From assembly GCA_033551855.1 (NCBI GenBank), contig JAWSUI010000002.1, positions 96,001-160,000 of the forward strand: a DNA stretch of 64,000 nt, read 5' to 3'. Below the pieces are notes generated by a model, which ran no database searches, was not told where the DNA came from, and worked only from the letters and a program-made list of their open reading frames with translations. Below are positions 33,947 through 45,988 of the stretch, piece by piece. Origin of the DNA: Deferrisomatales bacterium. GTDB taxonomy: Bacteria > Desulfobacterota > Deferrisomatia > Deferrisomatales > JACRMM01. The first letter of the stretch is position 1. The number at the start of each line of letters is the position of its first letter. Position numbers and translations under genes: made by a program.

Positions 33947-36097
33947 TCACGCCCACCGGGAGTCCGGTCCGGCGAGGATCACCCGGCAGTCGACGATGGA
34001 GATCCCCTTCTCGTGGGCCAGCACCGGGTTGAGGTCGATCTCCTGGATCTCCGGGTGGCACAGGGCCAGGGTCGAGAGCTTCTGCAGCGCCTCCCGCAGG
34101 GCGGCCGCGTCCCGGGGCGGCTCGCCCCGGATCCCGCCGAGCACCCGGGCGCCCTTGATCTCCCCGAGCATGTCGGCCGCGTCGTCCTCGGTGACGGGAG
34201 CCACTCGGAACGACACGTCCCGCAGGACCTCCACGAACACCCCGCCGAGCCCGAACATCAGCACGGGCCCGAAGACCGGGTCCACGGACATCCCGAGGAC
34301 GCACTCGGTTCCTTTTGCCGCGAGCGGGGTCACCAGCACGCCCCCGATGCGGTCGGGGGAGGTGACCTCCCGGGCACGGGTGAGGATGCGGCGGAAGGCG
34401 TCGCCCACCTCTGCGTCGCTTCCCAGATGGAGGGCGACCCCGCCCACGTCGGACTTGTGCAGGATGTCCCGGCTCACCACCTTGAGGACCACCGGGTAGC
34501 CCAGGCGCCGGGCGGCGCGCACGGCGTCCTCCTCCGTGGCGGCGGTCTCGGAGGGCAGGACGGGAAGCCCGTACTCCCCCAGGAGGCGCAGGCCCTCGGG
34601 CTCCAGGAGGCTGGCGTGCCCCCGGCCTTTGGCCTCGGCGAGGAGGGCGGCGGCCGCGGGGCTCGGCCGGAGCTCGTCCCGGGCCCGCGGGCGGGCCCGC
34701 CGGGCCGGGAGCCCGCTGTGGTACTGCATGAGCGCGGCGAGGCACTGGACGGCCCGGTCGGGCCCGTCGAAGACCGGAACGCCCTCCTCCCGGAGGATGT
34801 CGAACGTGGGGTAGGGGGCGTGGGCGTAGCTGGTGTTGATCACGAGGGGCTTGCCGTGGGCGCGGACGAGCGCCCCCAGCTCCCGGGCGGTCTGCTCCTC
34901 CAGCGCCGCCACGTGGGGGGCGATGATGTCGCGAAAGCCGCCGAAGAAGCCGGTGACGAAGATCCCGTCCACGGTGTCGTCCTCCAGGCAGACCCGACAG
35001 CACTCCGTGATCCGGTGGGGGTCCTCCTCGGCGGTGCCGCCGTAGTCGATGGGGTTCGAGGCGGGCATCCCGGCGAGGAGAAAGGGGCGCAGCCGCTCCT
35101 GGGTCTCGGCCGGCAGGACGGGCACCTCCAACCCGTGGCGCTCGGCGTTGTCGGCGGCGACCGAGTTGTCCCCGCCGCCCTCCGAGAGGATCGCCACGCG
35201 CCTGCCCCGGGGCGGGGGGCAGGCGTCGAGCACCCGGGCCACGTCGAAGAGCTCGTCGGGGTTGGTCACCCGGAGGATCCCGGCTTGGCGGAAGGCGGCG
35301 TCCACCACGGCGTCGTCCCCGGCCAGCGAGCCGGTGTGGGAGGCGGCGGCGCGCGCCCCGGCGCGGGTCCGGCCCACCTTGAGGGCGACGACGGGCTTGA
35401 CCTTCGTCACCTCCCGCGCGGCCTCCAAGAAGTCCCGCCCCTCCCGAATGCCCTCCAGGTAGAGGGCGATGACCCGCGTGTCCGGGTCCTCGGCCAGATA
35501 GGTCAGGACCTCGTGGAGGCGAACGCCGATGGCGTTGCCGACGCTCAGGATCTTGCTGAACCCGCCTCCCTTGGCCCTCGCGTAGTGGGTGAGGGAGTCG
35601 ATGATGTTGCCGCTCTGCGCCAGCACGGCCACGTGCCCGGTACGGATCTCCGGGATCCCAAGCAGGTTCATCGCAGCGGCCGCGCTGAACATGCCGCTGC
35701 AGTTGGGGCCGATGAGCTGCACCCCGGCCTCCCGGGCCATGCCCAGGATCTCCGCCTCGATGCCCTTTCCCTCCGCGCCGCTCTCCCCCAGGCCCGCGGT
35801 GATGATCACGATGCCCTTGGCCCCCTTGGCGATGCTCCCGGCCACGGCGTCGGGGATCTGCCGGGGGGGGATCACGATCATGGCCAGGTCGACCTCGCCG
35901 TCGATGGCCTCGATGCCGGGGAAGGCGGGAAGGTCGAAGATCCGGTCCCGCTTGGGGTTGATGGGGAGGATCCGCCCCGCAAACCCCCCCTGGACCAGGC
36001 TGCGGGTGCGCCGCTCCCCGGCTTTCCCCGGCACCTCCGAGGCCCCGAAGATCGCGACGGACCGGGGTTGGAAGACGCGCTCTAGCGGGTGGGCCAT
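33947..36097 (-). CDS. ADP-forming acyl/acetate--CoA ligase (fused alpha/beta)
   Basis: PRSVAIFGAS, GPNCSG, QSG, ASHTGSLAG phospho-His, NPIDY, HKSDVGGV, DPVFGP, EIDLNP. Confidence 0.93.
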   Translation of the reverse strand: MAHPLERVFQPRSVAIFGASEVPGKAGERRTRSLVQGGFAGRILPINPKRDRIFDLPAFPGIEAIDGEVDLAMIVIPPRQIPDAVAGSIAKGAKGIVIITAGLGESGAEGKGIEAEILGMAREAGVQLIGPNCSGMFSAAAAMNLLGIPEIRTGHVAVLAQSGNIIDSLTHYARAKGGGFSKILSVGNAIGVRLHEVLTYLAEDPDTRVIALYLEGIREGRDFLEAAREVTKVKPVVALKVGRTRAGARAAASHTGSLAGDDAVVDAAFRQAGILRVTNPDELFDVARVLDACPPPRGRRVAILSEGGGDNSVAADNAERHGLEVPVLPAETQERLRPFLLAGMPASNPIDYGGTAEEDPHRITECCRVCLEDDTVDGIFVTGFFGGFRDIIAPHVAALEEQTARELGALVRAHGKPLVINTSYAHAPYPTFDILREEGVPVFDGPDRAVQCLAALMQYHSGLPARRARPRARDELRPSPAAAALLAEAKGRGHASLLEPEGLRLLGEYGLPVLPSETAATEEDAVRAARRLGYPVVLKVVSRDILHKSDVGGVALHLGSDAEVGDAFRRILTRAREVTSPDRIGGVLVTPLAAKGTECVLGMSVDPVFGPVLMFGLGGVFVEVLRDVSFRVAPVTEDDAADMLGEIKGARVLGGIRGEPPRDAAALREALQKLSTLALCHPEIQEIDLNPVLAHEKGISIVDCRVILAGPDSRWA

Positions 36098-36118
36098 GCT
36101 GCCCTCCTTCCGGTTTCG

Positions 36119-36156
36119 TGCAGGAAGTCCTGCAAATATCAAGAGTTCGTGCAGCA
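36119..36156. promoter_or_regulatory. Putative RpiR operator (copy 2) upstream of the acyl-CoA ligase
   Basis: TGCAGGA-ag-TCCTGCA-N15-TGCAGCA; same spacing as copy 1. Confidence 0.65.
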
Positions 36157-36289
36157 CTTCCGGCTAATCGAGGGAGGGCGTCTTGTCAAGGGGCGCGGGT
36201 CCAGGATGTACGGTTCTCTTCCGGATCGTGTGGGTGACCCGTTGCGCCAAGCGCCTTGGCCCCGACCCCGTCACATCGGCCCATACCGT

Positions 36290-36459
36290 TCGCGGGCACG
36301 AGCCCGCTCCTACGAACCTGGCCCCCGTGGGAGCGGCCTCCCGGCCGCGATGACGGGCCAAGCCCGATCATCATGCGAGGTATGGCCCTGCGGACCAAAT
36401 CGCGGGCAGGAGCCCGCTCCCACGGACCCTGCCACCCGTAGGAGCGGTCTTGGCCGCGA
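36290..36459. repeat. Cluster of four alternating REP elements (GT(A/G)G family, BIME/REPIN-like)
   Basis: GT(A/G)GGAGCGG...CCGCGA units at 36290-36313(-), 36327-36350(+), 36400-36423(-), 36438-36459(+). Confidence 0.8.
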
Positions 36460-36798
36460 AGCCGCTCCCGATGCGAACCCACACACATCGAAACAGAACC
36501 GGATGTACCGGCCTGGCGGCCTCTTCGGATCCTATCTCCCCTGGAGGGGAGGGGGACGGGGGGTAGGGTTGGGTCCGGGGGAAGGAGGGGGACAATCGGG
36601 TTCTGCTTCGATCAGTGCCGGTTCGCGGCCGTGGCCTCGCCTGCGGCTGGCAGGGTTCACGGATCGAACTTGCCCGGGAACGGCACGTGTCGGCGCGGCG
36701 CGCTCGGGGCCAAGGCCCCTGCGCAACGTGTCCACCCACGCCATCCGGGAGAGAAACGGAGGACGTCGCCGGGCGCGGCGATGCTCCGGCGCGGCGGC

Positions 36799-37839
36799 TC
36801 AGTCGACCGGGAAGGCCACGAGCTCGTCCACGGCCACCCGCAGGCCCAAGCGGCGGCCCACGGGGTGGTCGTGGTGGCTGGGGGCGAGGCACAGCACCTC
36901 TGCTCCGCTCGGGAGGCGCAGGGTGTAGAGGAACTCCGCTCCGCGGAAGGCCTTGGCGGTGACCTCGGCGAAGGCGGGGCCCTCGTCGTCGTGGAGGAGA
37001 TCGTCGGGTCGAAGGAGGACCTCCACCCGACACCCGGGGCCGCATCCGGGGGGCACGTGCCCGTGGATCGTCCCAAGCTCCGTGGTCACGTTCCCCCCGT
37101 CGCCCACCGTGCCCGGGAGCATCGTCCCCTCCCCGACGAAGTCCGCCACGAAACGGTCCGCCGGGCGGTGGTACAAGCCGTAGCCCGTGTCCCACTGGCA
37201 CAGCCGACCGGCCTGGAGCACGCCGATCTCGTCTGCCATGGCAAAGGCCTCGAACTGGTGGTGGGTGACCAGGAGCGCCGTGAGGCCGTCCTCCTTGAGG
37301 ATCTCGCGCACCTCCCGGGCGAGCTTGTCGCGCAGGTCCACGTCCAGGCTCGAGAAAGGCTCGTCCAGGAGCAGGAGGTCCGGGCGCGGGGCCATGGCCC
37401 GGGCCAAAGCGACCCGCTGTTGCTGTCCGCCGGAGAGCTGGTGTGGGTAGGCGTCCTCCCGCTGCTCCAGCCCGACCAGGGCCAGTAGCTCCCCCACCCG
37501 GCGGCTCCGGGTGTCGCGGTCCGCGGCGCGCAGGCCGAAGGCCACGTTCTTCGCCACGGTCAAATGGGGGAAGAGGGCGAGGTCCTGAAAAACCATCCCC
37601 ACCCTCCGCCTCTCTGGGGGTACCAGGAGGCCCGGGCGGCTCACCGTACGGCCGTGGAGGAGGATTTCGCCCCCCCGGAGGGGCTCGAAGCCGACGATGG
37701 CGCGCAGCAGCGTGGTCTTGCCGCAGCCGCTCGGGCCGAGCAGGCAGCCGATGTCGCCCTCAGGGAGACGCAGGCTCACTCCCCGGACGACGGGCGGCCC
37801 GCCGTAGGAGACGACGGCGTCGCGGACTTCGAGAAGCAT
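36799..37839 (-). CDS. fbpC: Fe(III) ABC transporter ATP-binding protein
   Basis: GPSGCGKTT, LSGGQQQRVALARA, LLLDEPFS, TOBE-like C-terminus. Confidence 0.88.
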   Translation of the reverse strand: MLLEVRDAVVSYGGPPVVRGVSLRLPEGDIGCLLGPSGCGKTTLLRAIVGFEPLRGGEILLHGRTVSRPGLLVPPERRRVGMVFQDLALFPHLTVAKNVAFGLRAADRDTRSRRVGELLALVGLEQREDAYPHQLSGGQQQRVALARAMAPRPDLLLLDEPFSSLDVDLRDKLAREVREILKEDGLTALLVTHHQFEAFAMADEIGVLQAGRLCQWDTGYGLYHRPADRFVADFVGEGTMLPGTVGDGGNVTTELGTIHGHVPPGCGPGCRVEVLLRPDDLLHDDEGPAFAEVTAKAFRGAEFLYTLRLPSGAEVLCLAPSHHDHPVGRRLGLRVAVDELVAFPVD

Positions 37840-37858
37840 GGGATGCTCCTTGGGGCTG

Positions 37859-39583
37859 TCAGCCTTCACCCGGCCCCCTTCCCCGCCGGATCGATCGGCT
37901 AAGGAGGATGACGGGAAGGAGGCCGGCGAGGACGATGGCGAGAGCCGCGGCGGCCGACTCCGCCAGGAGCTCGTCGGAGGCGAGCTCGAAGGCGCGCACC
38001 GCGAGGGTGTTGAAGTTGAAGGGGCGAAGGATCAGGGTGGCCGGGAGCTCCTTGAGGACGTCCACGAAGACCAGGAGCAGGGCGGTCAGGAGGCTCCCCC
38101 GCAGGAGCGGCAGGTGCACCCTCCCCAGGACCGCCGCGGGCCGCAGCCCGAGGGAGCGGGCCGCCTCGTCCATGGAAGGGCGCACCTTGCCGAGCCCCGC
38201 CTCCACCGTGTGGAGCGAGACCGCCAGGAACCGCACCGCGTAGGCGAAGATTACCGCCGTCAGGGTGCCGCTCAGGAGGAGCCCCGTCGAAACCCCGAAG
38301 GCGCCGCGCATCCAGGCGTCGATGGTGTGGTCGAGCCAGGCGAAGGGGATGATCACCCCCACGGCGATCACGAGGCCGGGCACCGCGTACCCCATCCCGG
38401 CCGCCCGTACCGCGGCCGCCACTGGCAGGGAGGGGCGAAGTCGCCTGCCGTAGGAGAGGAAGACGGCGAGCGCCAGGGTGAGGGCAGCCGCCCCGGCGGC
38501 CAGCAGCAGGCTGTTTCGCGCGAGCCGCCAGAACGCGGCGTCCACCGCGTGGTCCCACGTCTGGAGCGCCCAGGCGGCGAGTTGGCCTGCGGGGAGGAGG
38601 AAGCCGAAGAAGACCGGCAGGGCGCACGCCCCGAAGGCGGCCGCCGCCCGCCACCCCTCCAGGGCGTAACCCGCCCCGGTCTGCTGGCGCTGGCCCGTGT
38701 GGTGGTAGCGGGCCCGGCGTCGGGACAGGCGCTCCAGGACGATGAGGGCGAGCACGAAGGCCAGCATGAGGGCCGCGAGTTGTGCGGCCGCCACGCGCTC
38801 CCCCAGACCGAACCAGGTGCGGAAGATCCCGGTGGTGAAGGTATTGACGCCGAAGTACTGGACCGTGCCGAAGTCGGCGAGGGCCTCCATGAGGGCCAGG
38901 GAGACCCCCGCGGCGACGGCGGGACGGGCCAGCGGCAGGGCCACTGCGAAGAACGACCGCCAGGGCCCGCACCCAAGGGTGCGGCTGGCCTCGAGAGCGG
39001 CCACCGACTGCTCCCGGAACGCCGCCCGCGACAGGAGGTACACGTAGGGGTAGAGCACCAGGGAGAGCATGACGACGGCGCCCCCCAGAGACCGCACCGG
39101 AGGGAACCAGTAATCCCCGTACCCCCACCCGAACCACCCCCGCAGCGCCGACTGCACCGGCCCGGAAAAGTCCAGGAGCCCCGTGTAGGTGTAGGCGATG
39201 ATGTAGGCCGGCATGGCCATGGGGAGCAGGAGCGCCCACTGGAAGAGCCGATGGCCGGGAAACCGGCACAGGGTCGCGAGCCAGGCGGTGCTCACCCCCA
39301 GGAGGAGGGTGCCGCCCCCCACCCCCCCCATCAGGAGCAGTGAGCTTGCCACGTACTCCGGGAGCACGGTGGCGGCCAGGTGCCGCCACACCTCCCCTGC
39401 GGGCCGGAAGACAGACCCCACCACCACCAGGACCGGGACGGAGAGGACCAGGGCCACCGCCCCGACCCCGAGCCCCCAGCCGCTCCAGGGGACAAGCCTC
39501 CGAAAGCCCCACCCGCCCTCCCCCACGGGGCCACGGCGGCCCTTCGCCTCCGCTTCGCCCGCCCCGGAGGGGGTCGGGGTCAC
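37859..39583 (-). CDS. fbpB: Fe(III) ABC transporter permease
   Basis: LPMAMPAYI, YPYVY, MEALADFG, KELPATLILRPFNFNTLA. Confidence 0.9.
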   Translation of the reverse strand: MTPTPSGAGEAEAKGRRGPVGEGGWGFRRLVPWSGWGLGVGAVALVLSVPVLVVVGSVFRPAGEVWRHLAATVLPEYVASSLLLMGGVGGGTLLLGVSTAWLATLCRFPGHRLFQWALLLPMAMPAYIIAYTYTGLLDFSGPVQSALRGWFGWGYGDYWFPPVRSLGGAVVMLSLVLYPYVYLLSRAAFREQSVAALEASRTLGCGPWRSFFAVALPLARPAVAAGVSLALMEALADFGTVQYFGVNTFTTGIFRTWFGLGERVAAAQLAALMLAFVLALIVLERLSRRRARYHHTGQRQQTGAGYALEGWRAAAAFGACALPVFFGFLLPAGQLAAWALQTWDHAVDAAFWRLARNSLLLAAGAAALTLALAVFLSYGRRLRPSLPVAAAVRAAGMGYAVPGLVIAVGVIIPFAWLDHTIDAWMRGAFGVSTGLLLSGTLTAVIFAYAVRFLAVSLHTVEAGLGKVRPSMDEAARSLGLRPAAVLGRVHLPLLRGSLLTALLLVFVDVLKELPATLILRPFNFNTLAVRAFELASDELLAESAAAALAIVLAGLLPVILLSRSIRRGRGPGEG

Positions 39584-40611
39584 CGCCACCCGGCCCGGTC
39601 CATCACCCGCACGGCCTCGGCGTTGTGCTCCCCGAGGACGGCCAGGTTCACGTCATCGGCCACAAACGTCCCCCAGGCGGCGAGGGTCTCGCTCACGGGG
39701 ACGCCCTGGCGCACCGGGTACTCGAAGTTCACCTCGGAGTACCAGCGCTGTGCCTCCTCCCCCGCCAAGAACTCCAGGAGGCGCAGGGCGTTCTCCGGGT
39801 TCTTGGCGTGGCGGGTCACCCCGGCGCCGCTCACATTGACGTGTACGCCGCGGCCGTCCTGGTCGGGCCAGAGAACCCCGACCTTCGCCGCCGCCTCGCG
39901 GTCCTCGGCCTGGGAGGCGTTGAGCATCCCCCCCACGTAGTACGTGTTGGCCAAGGCCAGGTCGCACTGCCCGGCGGCCACCGCCTTGATCTGGTCCCGG
40001 TCTCCCCCCTGGGGCGGCCGGGCGAAATTCGCCACCAGCCCCCGCGCCCAGGCCTCGGCTTCCGCCCGCCCCCGAGCGGCGATCATGGCCGCCACCATGG
40101 ACTGGTTGTAGACGTTCCCCGAGGAGCGCACGCAGATCTTGCCCCTCCACCGGGGGTCGGTCAGGTCCCGGTACGAGGAGAGGGCGGAGGGGTCCACCCG
40201 GTCTCTCGCGTACAGGATGGGGCGCGCCCGCAGAGAGAGGCCGAACCAGTGGCCCTCGGGGTCCCGGTAGCTCGGGGGGACCGTCGCCTCCAGGGCCTCG
40301 GAGCGCATCGGCCGGAAGAGGCCGGCTTCCCGGGCCCGGTTCAAGTTGCCCGCGTCCACCGTGAGAAGGACATCGGCCGGTGAGTGGACGCCCTCGCTCC
40401 TGAGCCGCTCGATGAGGGCATCGGCGGAGCCGGCCACGAGATGGACCTTGATCCCCGTGTGGGCGGTGAACCTGTCGAGGATGGGCTTGATCAGCACCTC
40501 TTGGCGGGCCGAGTAGAGGTTGACCTGGCCGGCCGCGGCGCCGGAAGCAGAGAGGGGGGCGGCGGCGAGGGAGAGGGTTAGGAGAACGAGAGTCGTGAAA
40601 GCTCGGGGCAT
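39580..40611 (-). CDS. fbpA: Fe(III) ABC transporter substrate-binding protein (FutA/FbpA)
   Basis: VNLYSAR, SPADVLLTVDAGNL, NVYNQS, GGDRDQI, ANTYY, HVNVSG, NFEYP. Confidence 0.92.
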   Translation of the reverse strand: MPRAFTTLVLLTLSLAAAPLSASGAAAGQVNLYSARQEVLIKPILDRFTAHTGIKVHLVAGSADALIERLRSEGVHSPADVLLTVDAGNLNRAREAGLFRPMRSEALEATVPPSYRDPEGHWFGLSLRARPILYARDRVDPSALSSYRDLTDPRWRGKICVRSSGNVYNQSMVAAMIAARGRAEAEAWARGLVANFARPPQGGDRDQIKAVAAGQCDLALANTYYVGGMLNASQAEDREAAAKVGVLWPDQDGRGVHVNVSGAGVTRHAKNPENALRLLEFLAGEEAQRWYSEVNFEYPVRQGVPVSETLAAWGTFVADDVNLAVLGEHNAEAVRVMDRAGWR

Positions 40612-40636
40612 GGGGGATCTCCTTCGGGGTGCATGG

Positions 40637-40656
40637 AATTGATAATCAGTATCTCT
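40637..40656. promoter_or_regulatory. Fur box upstream of fbpA
   Basis: AATTGATAATCAGTATCTCT resembles the Fur consensus; TTGACA on the minus strand at 40675-40680. Confidence 0.8.
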
Positions 40657-40736
40657 AACAGCCCCTCGCCGGGGTGTCAAGACCCACCCCACCGCTTTGC
40701 CGCCTTGGCCTTCCGGGGCCCCGGTATGCCCATCGG

Positions 40737-41345
40737 TCAGGACGGCATGGGGAAGGGACCGCTGAACGGCTTCTCGCCGCAAGAGTCTCCGGGCCGCGTG
40801 TCGTCGGTTCCGGCAGCCGGCAGCCGATAGACGAAGATCCGGCTCGCCGCCTCGTCGTCCGCCCGGTGCACCCGTAGAGGTTTCCACCCCGGTACCGGGA
40901 AGAAGTGGCTCACCACCAGGGCTCCGGCAGGCAGTTCCGCGGCAAGCTTGGGACGGAGGCGGGCCATGCCTCCGGGGTAGAGGTAACAGACGACCAGGAC
41001 GGCCGTCCCGAGGGGGGCGCGGTGGAAGTCGGCCCGGAGGAGTCGGAGATTCGGGGTGCGGGCGAAGAGCGCCCGCAATCGGGAGACCGCCCAGGGCAGG
41101 GGAGAGAGCTCGTAGGCCCTCACCGGACAACTCGGGTACCGGTGTGCCAACGCGAAGGCGAGGCCCCCCCACCCCGAACCGAGCTCGAAGACCGTCCCCT
41201 CGAGATCGGCGGGGAGGGACGCGAGCAGCGCCGCCCGCACCCGGGGGCTCGTGGGCACGGGAGAGATCCCCGTGCGGAGGGTGTAGGCCAGGGTCACGGT
41301 CAGTCCCACGGCCACGAACGCAGCGACGGTCACCGCGGTGGTCAT
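40737..41345 (-). CDS. Membrane-anchored class I SAM methyltransferase
   Basis: N-terminal TM, SPVPTS, FELGSGWG, YELSP, VVCYLYP, VVSHFF. Confidence 0.85.
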   Translation of the reverse strand: MTTAVTVAAFVAVGLTVTLAYTLRTGISPVPTSPRVRAALLASLPADLEGTVFELGSGWGGLAFALAHRYPSCPVRAYELSPLPWAVSRLRALFARTPNLRLLRADFHRAPLGTAVLVVCYLYPGGMARLRPKLAAELPAGALVVSHFFPVPGWKPLRVHRADDEAASRIFVYRLPAAGTDDTRPGDSCGEKPFSGPFPMPS

Positions 41346-41442
41346 GGGGCATCTCCGTCAGAGGAAATCCGGGGTGACGCGTGCGGCCCCCAGGGACGCT
41401 AGCCGGGGCGCGGGCGTGGTGTCAAGTGAGCCGGATCTCCTC

Positions 41443-41644
41443 GATCCACCGGCTGGATGCGGACAGGGCCGGAAAGCCCCTCCGCCGAGCCCCGAAATCC
41501 GCGACTGTTCGCGGAGAGGGCCCCCGGAGGACAGATGGGCCCGGTCTCACCCGTCTCCCACAGCTCTCGGCTTCGGTCGATGCGGCACGGGACTCAGCTC
41601 CGGGGCTCCCCGGCCCTTCGGAGAAACGTGGTGGTGGATTCTGG
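41443..41644 (+). repeat. About 200-bp dispersed repeat, copy 1 (partner 56856-57060)
   Basis: Shared ordered blocks GATCCACCGGCTGG, AGCCCCT, CCCCG.AATCCGCGAC, GCCCGG.CTCACCCG, GATGCGG, GGGCTCCC, GGTGGTGGATTC. Confidence 0.8.
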
Positions 41645-41938
41645 ATCTGGAGTGAGCCAGTTCTGGAGAGTCCCCGGCCTGGACCCGCCGACGCCCCGCC
41701 CGTGCCCCCTCCGCGACCCAGGGATCGGGGGCCGCCAAACGCAACGTCCTAAGCGGATTCCGGGAGCCCTGGAGCGCAGCCCCGTCCCCCACCGACCGGC
41801 CCGCCGGGTCCGCTGCAAACCGATGCGACCCGGCGCACCGGCACCTGCGGGGACACCTCTTCGAACGGCCGCGGGTTGCGGGGCGGAGCGGAGGGGCTCC
41901 CCGGTTCCGAGGACGCGGCAGGCGGGAGATTCGGTTGA

Positions 41939-43501
<1,563 letters not shown>

Positions 43502-43508
43502 GACCGCC

Positions 43509-45059
43509 ATGTCCGACATCCACGATCAGAAGATCCTGATCCTCGACTTCGGTTCACAGTACACCCAGCTCATCGCGCGCCGGGTGCGTGAAAGCCGGGT
43601 CTACTGCGAGATTCACCCGTGTACGGTGACCTTGCAGCAGATTCGTGCCTTCAATGCGCGGGGGATCATCCTCTCCGGAGGGCCTTCGAGCGTGTACGAT
43701 GCCCAGGCGCCCCTGGTGGACCCGGGGCTCTTCCGGCTCGGGGTCCCGGTCCTCGGGGTCTGCTACGGCATGCAGCTCATGACCCACCTGCTGGGTGGAA
43801 AGGTGGCTCGGGGTCTCCGACGGGAGTATGGCCTCGCCCACCTCGTCGTAGACGTGCCGGTGGGCGTCCTCGAGGGATTCGGCGGGGGACCGGTGCCGGT
43901 CTGGATGAGTCACGGCGACCGGATCGAGGAGCTGCCCCCCGGGTTTCGGCCCCTCGCCCACAGCGACAATTCCCCCGTGGCCGCGATGGCCCACGGCGAG
44001 AAGCCCTTCTACGGCGTGCAGTTCCACCCCGAAGTGGTGCACACCCCCCGTGGCACCGAGATGCTGGAGAACTTCCTCTTCGACGTCTGCCGGCTCGAGC
44101 CCACGTGGACCATGGGATCCTTTATCGAGGCGTCGGTGGCGGACATCCGGGCCAGGGTCGGGGACGGCCATGTGATCTGCGCCCTGTCGGGAGGGGTGGA
44201 CTCCTCGGTGGTGGCGCTCCTGCTTCACCGGGCTTTGGGCGATCAGCTCACCTGCGTCTTCGTGGACAACGGGGTCCTCCGGAAAGGCGAGGCCGAGAAG
44301 GTGGTGCGCACCTTCCGGGACCACTTCCACCTGAACCTGCGCCACGTGGACGCGGCGGACCTGTTCCTGGAGAAGCTGAGGGGGGTCACCGATCCCGAGC
44401 AGAAGCGCAAAATCATCGGGAACGAGTTCATCTACCTCTTCGAGCGCGAGGCCAGGGGTCTGGGGCGTGTCGAGTGGCTGGCCCAGGGGACCCTCTATCC
44501 CGACGTTATCGAGAGCGTCTCGTTCAAGGGCCCCTCGGCGACGATCAAGAGTCACCACAATGTGGGAGGGCTCCCCGAGCGGATGCACCTCAAGCTCATC
44601 GAGCCCCTCCGGGAGCTCTTCAAGGACGAGGCCCGGGAGGTGGGGCGGGAGTTGGGCCTGCCCGAGGAGATCATCGGCCGGCACCCCTTTCCCGGCCCAG
44701 GGCTCGCGATCCGGATCCTCGGCGAGGTCACGGCCGAACGCCTGGCGGTGCTCCGGGAGGCCGATGCCATCGTGCGGGAGGAGATCGCCCGAGACGGCCT
44801 CCAGAAGAGCGTGTGGCAGAGCTTCTGCGTCCTTCTGCCGGTGAAGACCGTGGGAGTCATGGGGGACGAGCGCACCTACGAGGATGTGATCGCGGTGCGG
44901 TCGGTGAACTCCCTGGACGGGATGACGGCCGACTGGTCGCGGCTGCCCTACGAGGTCCTGGCGCGCATCTCCAACCGCATCATCAACGAGGTGCGGGGGG
45001 TCAACCGCGTCGTGTACGATATCTCCTCGAAGCCGCCGGCCACGATCGAGTGGGAGTGA
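43509..45059 (+). CDS. guaA: GMP synthase
   Basis: [52 protein letters not shown]. Confidence 0.98.
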   Translation: MSDIHDQKILILDFGSQYTQLIARRVRESRVYCEIHPCTVTLQQIRAFNARGIILSGGPSSVYDAQAPLVDPGLFRLGVPVLGVCYGMQLMTHLLGGKVARGLRREYGLAHLVVDVPVGVLEGFGGGPVPVWMSHGDRIEELPPGFRPLAHSDNSPVAAMAHGEKPFYGVQFHPEVVHTPRGTEMLENFLFDVCRLEPTWTMGSFIEASVADIRARVGDGHVICALSGGVDSSVVALLLHRALGDQLTCVFVDNGVLRKGEAEKVVRTFRDHFHLNLRHVDAADLFLEKLRGVTDPEQKRKIIGNEFIYLFEREARGLGRVEWLAQGTLYPDVIESVSFKGPSATIKSHHNVGGLPERMHLKLIEPLRELFKDEAREVGRELGLPEEIIGRHPFPGPGLAIRILGEVTAERLAVLREADAIVREEIARDGLQKSVWQSFCVLLPVKTVGVMGDERTYEDVIAVRSVNSLDGMTADWSRLPYEVLARISNRIINEVRGVNRVVYDISSKPPATIEWE

Positions 45060-45069
45060 GGAGCCCAAG

Positions 45070-45711
45070 ATGCCCCGGGGCATCCCCCTTGTCCTGTCCG
45101 CCCCCTCCGGGGCGGGCAAGTCGACACTGGTGCGCGCCCTGCGCTCCCGGCTGCCGGGACTGGAGTTCAGCGTCTCCCACACCACCCGTCGTCCTCGGGC
45201 CGGAGAGGTGGACGGGGTGGACTACCATTTCGTCGCCCTCCAGGTCTTCGAGAAGATGATCGGGCAGAGAGCCTTCGCGGAGTGGGCGGAGGTTCACGGG
45301 AATCTCTACGGCACGAGCCTCGAGGCCCTGGAGACTCGCCTGGAGCGGGGGGCCGACGTGCTGCTGGACATCGATGTACAGGGGGCACTGCAGCTCGCCG
45401 AGGGGGTTGCCGGGGCGGTGCTGGTCTTCGTGCTGCCACCCTCCTGGGACGAGCTGCGGCGGCGCTTGGTGATGCGCGGGCTGGACCCCGCCGACGTGAT
45501 CGAGCGCCGCCTGGCCAACGCCCGGGGTGAGCTCGGGCAGGCGCTCCGGTACCACTACCTGGTGGTGAACGACCGCGTGGAACGCGCGGCGGACGAGCTG
45601 TGCCGGATCGTGGAAGCCGAGCGGTGCCGCGCAGGTCGGAGGCGGGACCTCGTGGAGGCGCTCCTGCGAGAGGAGAGCCGGGCCACCCCAGGCGCGGAAG
45701 ACACTTTGTGA
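45070..45711 (+). CDS. gmk: Guanylate kinase
   Basis: [34 protein letters not shown]. Confidence 0.97.
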   Translation: MPRGIPLVLSAPSGAGKSTLVRALRSRLPGLEFSVSHTTRRPRAGEVDGVDYHFVALQVFEKMIGQRAFAEWAEVHGNLYGTSLEALETRLERGADVLLDIDVQGALQLAEGVAGAVLVFVLPPSWDELRRRLVMRGLDPADVIERRLANARGELGQALRYHYLVVNDRVERAADELCRIVEAERCRAGRRRDLVEALLREESRATPGAEDTL

Positions 45712-45757
45712 CGGCGATCGGCATCCGACGACAGAACCTGGAGAAGGGAGCAACGGG

Positions 45758-45967
45758 ATGGCACGCGTGACCGTGGAAGACTGCCTGGAAGTGATCCCCA
45801 ACCGCTTTGCCTTGGCCATGGTGGCTGCCCAACGGGCCAAGCAACTGCTGCGGGGCGCCCCGGCGCTGGTGCAGAGCAAGAACAAGTTCATCGTGACCGC
45901 TTTGCGCGAGGTGGAGGAGGGCAAGGTTACCCTCAAGGAGCGGGTGATCGGCAGGGACGTCGACTAG
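45758..45967 (+). CDS. rpoZ: RNA polymerase omega subunit
   Basis: [10 protein letters not shown]...NRF.L...A..RAKQL, ALRE. Confidence 0.96.
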   Translation: MARVTVEDCLEVIPNRFALAMVAAQRAKQLLRGAPALVQSKNKFIVTALREVEEGKVTLKERVIGRDVD

Positions 45968-45988
45968 ACGCCCGGTTTCACCCCAGGA

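Noticed and set aside
36290..36459. Possible CRISPR array
   Set aside because: Units alternate in orientation, vary in sequence and have irregular spacers, which fits REPs.
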